32,000 bases of DNA from Haloquadratum walsbyi C23 (GTDB lineage: Archaea; Halobacteriota; Halobacteria; Halobacteriales; Haloferacaceae). Each line of letters begins with the position of its first letter. Within the stretch, counting starts at the first letter, position 1. The stretch spans positions 1,800,001 through 1,832,000 of the forward strand of contig NC_017459.1 of NCBI RefSeq assembly GCF_000237865.1, written 5' to 3'. The notes under the pieces are model-generated. The model ran no database searches, was not told where the DNA came from, and was given only the letters and a program-made list of their open reading frames with translations. Positions 27,293 through 32,000 of this stretch are shown one piece after another. A program made the translations under genes and the position numbers.

Positions 27293-27925
27293 GTGGTCTC
27301 ACTTTGGCGTCTTACCCGGAACCAATACGGACGGAAATTATACGAATTACTCGCACAAGCTGGTATTACCGCGACAGCTATGCGCCAGTACGCGGTTGAC
27401 CTTCCAAATAAAACAGCCACAGAAGTCGGTAAGCCGATACGAGCAGACAACTCATCACACGCTTCTGTGCATACGTGGACATCTGAATCAAACTCTCAAT
27501 TCAGTATCGTTAGCCGTCCTGATGCGCCTGCATCTCTTAATGCACCACTAGCAGAGAAGCTTCCAGCTGAAACTGTTCTTACAGTTTGTGAGAAAGGCGT
27601 TGCCCGGGGATATTTATTTATTTCAGTTAATACAACTGTCCCGATTGATGTTCTTGAGTGCAAACTCTCGTTTAATGGTGCATATATTCGTCGCGTGTAC
27701 GTCGATCAAGCACATCGTAATCGTGGAGTCGCAACTGCACTTATTACCGCCGCCAATCGATATGCTTCCGCACGTGATGCAACACAAGCAGTGGCACTCG
27801 TAGCAATCGATAACCGACCCTCACAAGCGTTATTTGAAACGTGTGGGTTTACCGTTCGCTCTACCCGAGTATACGCCCGTATTGGACCTCTCTCAATTCG
27901 TCATCAATTGCCAAACACGCAATAG
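27293..27925 (+). CDS. GNAT family N-acetyltransferase with N-terminal extension
   Basis: The C-terminal YIRRVYVDQAHRNRGVATALI...ALFETCGF is GNAT motif A (R/Q-x-x-G-x-A). The start is uncertain: GTG at 27293 or ATG at 27380. Confidence 0.7.
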   Translation: MVSLWRLTRNQYGRKLYELLAQAGITATAMRQYAVDLPNKTATEVGKPIRADNSSHASVHTWTSESNSQFSIVSRPDAPASLNAPLAEKLPAETVLTVCEKGVARGYLFISVNTTVPIDVLECKLSFNGAYIRRVYVDQAHRNRGVATALITAANRYASARDATQAVALVAIDNRPSQALFETCGFTVRSTRVYARIGPLSIRHQLPNTQ

Positions 27926-28010
27926 TTCTATCTATCAATATAGATATCTCCTAAGTAAATAGTTCACAGAGTAGTATTATATCAATAGCGATAATTATGT
28001 ATTTGTGTGG

Positions 28011-28709
28011 ATGTCGAGTGAAATTCGAGAGACAATTGAAGGAATATATCAACGGCTTGACCCAGCAATATATCGTGTACCTGATACGAATGACCGAATC
28101 GATATTCGTGATCGTCTTACTGGTGCAGATTATATCAGCCTTGGCGCATTATTATTTGGCTGGGCAAGTGCTCTGTTACTCGTCCGTGGCGAACCAAACT
28201 GGGGTGTCATTGTCATGTTTGCCGCATTTGGGTTTGACAAACTTGATGGATGGTACGCACGGCAAACCAACAATACATCACCGTTTGGTCGACAAATAGA
28301 CTCATTTATTGATGTTTTTGCATATCTTGTCCCTGCCGCGTTGCTATATCATCTCACGCTTTCTCCGCATCTTCTTGCAAGCCTTGTTGTTGGATTCTGT
28401 ATCCTCTCATTTGGCGGACTTCGACTTGTGCGCCACAACAATGACGGGTTTGGCTCAGATGGTAACGTCAGTTACTATCACGGAACAACGGTCGTCCACA
28501 CAAACGTGATTGTTCTATTGAGCTATCTACTTCATTCAGTTCTTGAAATTTGGAATGGATGGGTTGCCGGGATTGTGATTATTGCCATCTGCCCATTGAT
28601 GATTTCAAATTATAAAGCAAAAAAAACAACTGCAGGTCATGTTTTCATCGGAATACTCATCACGATTGTTACATTGCTCGCACTTGCAATTGAGACTGGG
28701 TATCTGTAA
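28011..28709 (+). CDS. CDP-alcohol phosphatidyltransferase (archaetidylserine synthase-like)
   Basis: DKLDGWYARQTNNTSPFGRQIDSFIDVFAY matches D-x2-D-G-x2-A-R-x8-G-x3-D-x3-D. The protein is multi-TM. ATG at 28011. Confidence 0.85.
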   Translation: MSSEIRETIEGIYQRLDPAIYRVPDTNDRIDIRDRLTGADYISLGALLFGWASALLLVRGEPNWGVIVMFAAFGFDKLDGWYARQTNNTSPFGRQIDSFIDVFAYLVPAALLYHLTLSPHLLASLVVGFCILSFGGLRLVRHNNDGFGSDGNVSYYHGTTVVHTNVIVLLSYLLHSVLEIWNGWVAGIVIIAICPLMISNYKAKKTTAGHVFIGILITIVTLLALAIETGYL

Positions 28710-28900
28710 TGTACCATCTGAATGAAACCGCTTGTCTCAATCGTGCTTTCTGTCACCCTGTATCCTCATTCAGTATCTTTCGGATCTCAGATGTGTGCGG
28801 AACTTACACCGACTCCATGAATGCCCGAATCACCCAGTAATAATACCAACACGGACACTGTCGCCTCACACAACATTGCCCAACCTATTATATTAAACAT

Positions 28901-29665
28901 ATGATACTATTGGATATTGTCGTCTTATCTGTGGTGACGCTCCCTGAAGACCGACGAGAAAGACTTGTCATTATCACTATCAGCCTCATGATCATATTTC
29001 TCAGTGTGATTAGTGTGGTTACACTACCTGTAAAACAGACGGTCGTTTCTATGGTTGCGGATAGTTTCGATTTAATCGCTTCAATTGAGCAAATCGACAA
29101 TCCGACGTGGATTCAAGCCCAATTGGCGGCGCTTGGTCCGACAGCACCAGTTGGATTTGTCCTACTTCAAGCGCTTCAGGTCATTATCGCACCAATCCCA
29201 GGGCAGATTCTTGCTGGTGTTGCTGGTGCATTCTTTGGTGTATTACCTGGAACAGTGTATAGCCTCATAGGAGTCGTAGCTGGGAGCACTATTGTATTTA
29301 TATTCACCCGTCGTATTGGTCGTCGTGCTGTTCAACGCCTCTTCGATCCTGATCAATTTTCACGGTGGGATGAAAGCCTAACACATAATGAAGGAGGTAT
29401 TTTGCTCCTATTTGCCGCATTTTTGTTACCGACATTTCCAGACGATTTATTATGTTTTGCTGCTGGACTCTCTGATATTCGGCTACGAACATTTATTTTG
29501 CTTGTTCTCACTGGACGTGCCCCGACATTCGCACTTGCTGCATATGCCGGCTCTAATGCAATAAATGGTCAGAGTATCCTCGTAATCACGATTGTCAGTA
29601 TTGCAATACTCCTGTGGACTCTCATTCGTCATTATCGTTATATATTTATTAACTGGATACAGTGA
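28901..29665 (+). CDS. TVP38/TMEM64 (DedA superfamily) membrane protein
   Basis: QVIIAPIPGQILAGVAGAFFG, FTRRIGRR and LLPTFPDDLLCFAAGLS are typical DedA/SNARE-associated re-entrant loop motifs. Confidence 0.8.
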   Translation: MILLDIVVLSVVTLPEDRRERLVIITISLMIIFLSVISVVTLPVKQTVVSMVADSFDLIASIEQIDNPTWIQAQLAALGPTAPVGFVLLQALQVIIAPIPGQILAGVAGAFFGVLPGTVYSLIGVVAGSTIVFIFTRRIGRRAVQRLFDPDQFSRWDESLTHNEGGILLLFAAFLLPTFPDDLLCFAAGLSDIRLRTFILLVLTGRAPTFALAAYAGSNAINGQSILVITIVSIAILLWTLIRHYRYIFINWIQ

Positions 29666-29779
29666 GCGCCCCTTTTTTACCAAAGGGATATTTATGTGCA
29701 TATTTTGATGATTTCCAATGTACAAATACTATCCGAAGAGTTCGCTGTGTTCACCTTCATCTGATTTTTGTAGCGACTC

Positions 29780-30169
29780 ATGATCTCTACTGACGCCGCA
29801 AGTTTTTCTTCTAACGTAGCTAACGTTCTATACATGCCTCCAAATATCAGTTCTACTGACACCCATTCTGCTGACTCACAGGACGTGGTATCGCCAGGCG
29901 ACACATTTGGCGTTGGAATACATATTACTGAATCTGACCTCCAATTTGTTGTTCACGTTCCATCTGACATCGACTCAGGATGGACTAACTCGACAACGTT
30001 CCAAACGCAAATAGAAGCAATCGTCTGGGACCATCTCGAAAAGTCGACTGTCCTCAAACGTCTCGCAGCACAACATGATGCTGGAACAACTATTTCACTC
30101 GGTCGCATGACACTTACCCCAGATGGAACAGTTCATAATACATCCCTTGTTACTATTGAAGAACTGTGA
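29780..30169 (+). CDS. hypothetical protein (129 aa)
   Basis: An ORF with haloarchaeal-like acidic composition. Its stop overlaps the GTG start of the next ORF (GTGA). No motif was recognised. Confidence 0.45.
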   Translation: MISTDAASFSSNVANVLYMPPNISSTDTHSADSQDVVSPGDTFGVGIHITESDLQFVVHVPSDIDSGWTNSTTFQTQIEAIVWDHLEKSTVLKRLAAQHDAGTTISLGRMTLTPDGTVHNTSLVTIEEL

Positions 30170-30939
30170 GTACTTCCTTTCCGGATCAATCACCTATCGA
30201 AATCGTCATTAATACTACCCTCAAGCAAGCACTCACCATCGATAGACCGGTCGACAAAATGTCATCTGATGATTCTGACAACCCTGCTGACACCGATGAT
30301 GTCACTGCCGATGATATAGATATCAATCTACCCAAAGATGCAGCAGTAAAAACGATGAAATCAAATAGTTCCGATAAAGTTGCCAATCGAATAAATACAC
30401 ACATTACAGCGGATAAATCGGCGTCTGATACCCAAGAATCAACAATCGTCAGCACCCGACATCATCTTGCTGTCGCCGGAGCACTCATACGAACGATATC
30501 GCCAACAACAGATCTGAATCTCACTGAATCCAACGCTCAGACCAGTGTATTCGAAGACGGTGGTTCCCATGACACATCGCCACTATCTATCGAAACAGAC
30601 GCTGAAAAAGTACCAATTTCAAACGCGGAGGCTGACACAAATATGAACACGGATCGAACAGCCACCATGTTAGGAGAATCACTCCTCAGCGCACTCTTGA
30701 CGAGTACACTGATTGCATATGCGCTTGATTCTTCAATGAATCACGCGACCGACCCATGGAATCCCTCGTCACTTGATTTCTATGGAATGTCTGACCTCTC
30801 TCCATCTGATCAGTCATTATTCATTATCACTGGCGCAGTAGCTGCTTGTCGTCGATTCGACGTTGAAGTGAAAACTGTTGCCACACGAGCACAAATTCCA
30901 TACGAAACACTCACAAAATATCTTCAGAAGTCTGAGTGA
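30166..30939 (+). CDS. hypothetical acidic protein with possible C-terminal helix-turn-helix
   Basis: A 257 aa protein. The N-terminal two thirds are very acidic and low-complexity. The C-terminal VKTVATRAQIPYETLTKYL resembles an HTH. Confidence 0.5.
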   Translation: MSTSFPDQSPIEIVINTTLKQALTIDRPVDKMSSDDSDNPADTDDVTADDIDINLPKDAAVKTMKSNSSDKVANRINTHITADKSASDTQESTIVSTRHHLAVAGALIRTISPTTDLNLTESNAQTSVFEDGGSHDTSPLSIETDAEKVPISNAEADTNMNTDRTATMLGESLLSALLTSTLIAYALDSSMNHATDPWNPSSLDFYGMSDLSPSDQSLFIITGAVAACRRFDVEVKTVATRAQIPYETLTKYLQKSE

Positions 30940-31080
30940 AAATTTGCATGCCCATATTTGCATATTTATAATACTAATACTGGAGTAACGAATTGTCTCC
31001 GGCACAAAGTCTGATTGCCAGGCATATGATTAACACTAGCACTAACACTAATATTCGCCAGATGGTAGGCACTAGTTAGA

Positions 31081-31096
31081 ATAAAAGTATGAAAAG
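31081..31096 (-). terminator. oligo-T tracts just downstream of 5S rRNA
   Basis: The minus-strand read after the 5S 3' end is cttttcatacttttat. Confidence 0.35.
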
Positions 31097-31218
31097 CAAG
31101 GCGGCGATGAAGCGCTCCCAGAGGATCTCTCACTCCAGTACGTGCTCCAACGCTTGCAGACTTAACCACTGTGTTCGGGATGGGTACAGGTGTTTCCCTG
31201 CCGCTCTGGCCGCCTCAA
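31097..31218 (-). rRNA. rrf: 5S rRNA
   Basis: The reverse complement reads ttgaggcggccagagcggcagggaaacacctgtacccatcccgaacacag...gtactggagtg...cctctgggag...cgccgccttg. It is 122 nt and aligns by eye with haloarchaeal 5S. Confidence 0.9.
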
Positions 31219-31632
31219 ATCCGAACTTACGGAATCGAACCGTATTGTATTGTATTATCACTGTGATCACTTTCCTATCCTGATCTATTCTAATCCGATC
31301 TGATCTGGAATGTGCTGTGACATGCCGTGACGTGACTTGAACCATCGCTCGGTTATACCGCGTCTCTCTTACCTGATCTGTTTTGTGTGTCCGTGTCTGT
31401 GTCCGTATATACGCGTGTAATCCAGTTTCCGCCTGAACCCGCTCACGCAGGTTCCAGTGTAGTATAGTGTCAGTGTCAATCAACCCAATCATCTCTCAAT
31501 CCTATACTGTCAGTGTCGTCTCTCACTCGTGTGTGAGACGAACCAACTCGATATGAGTGTTGTCTGACTTTCAGTATACATCTGATATGATACAGTATAT
31601 TGTAGTACAGTATAATATAGTATAATATGATT

Positions 31633-32000
<368 letters not shown>

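Noticed and set aside
30940-31096. I looked for the tRNA-Cys that follows 5S in many haloarchaeal rRNA operons.
   Set aside because: No acceptor or T-arm (GTTCGAAT-like) pattern was found by eye. Only oligo-T tracts and an atttgcat direct repeat are present. A covariance-model scan is needed to be certain.

Overview
This 32 kb window looks like a low-GC, acid-proteome haloarchaeal chromosome. The acidic proteins, roughly 45% GC coding regions, long AT-rich spacers and IS1341-type debris fit a Haloquadratum-like organism, but that is inference only. Most of the content is housekeeping genes. These include a DAO-family flavoprotein and a sugar-nucleotide epimerase, a nucleoside hydrolase, three GT-B glycosyltransferases, and RNase P subunit Rpp21 followed by a YhbY-like protein and MscS. 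There is also an HD hydrolase, TatA, tRNA-Arg(CCU), a MATE exporter, a RibD-C-type reductase, thioredoxin, SBDS, an MFS transporter and a GNAT. A CDP-alcohol phosphatidyltransferase sits next to a DedA/TVP38 protein. The window ends in the distal part of an rRNA operon on the minus strand (5S and the 3' end of 23S). The accessory content consists of two visibly GC-richer, heavily decayed TnpB-type insertion elements: an IS1341-type remnant at about 16.7-17.9 kb and an IS607-type element at about 19.6-21.95 kb. There are also several short GC-rich orphan modules that look like IS200/IS605-family end remnants (11.69 kb, 4.68 kb, 24.05 kb). No CRISPR array and no recognisable defence operon were seen. 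I found no convincing novel multi-gene system. The best leads are the TnpB/omega-RNA-like remnants and their orphan ends, an uncharacterised overlapping two-gene cassette beside the rRNA operon, and several repeat-encoded low-complexity proteins. All family assignments rest on motif recognition by eye, with no database search.
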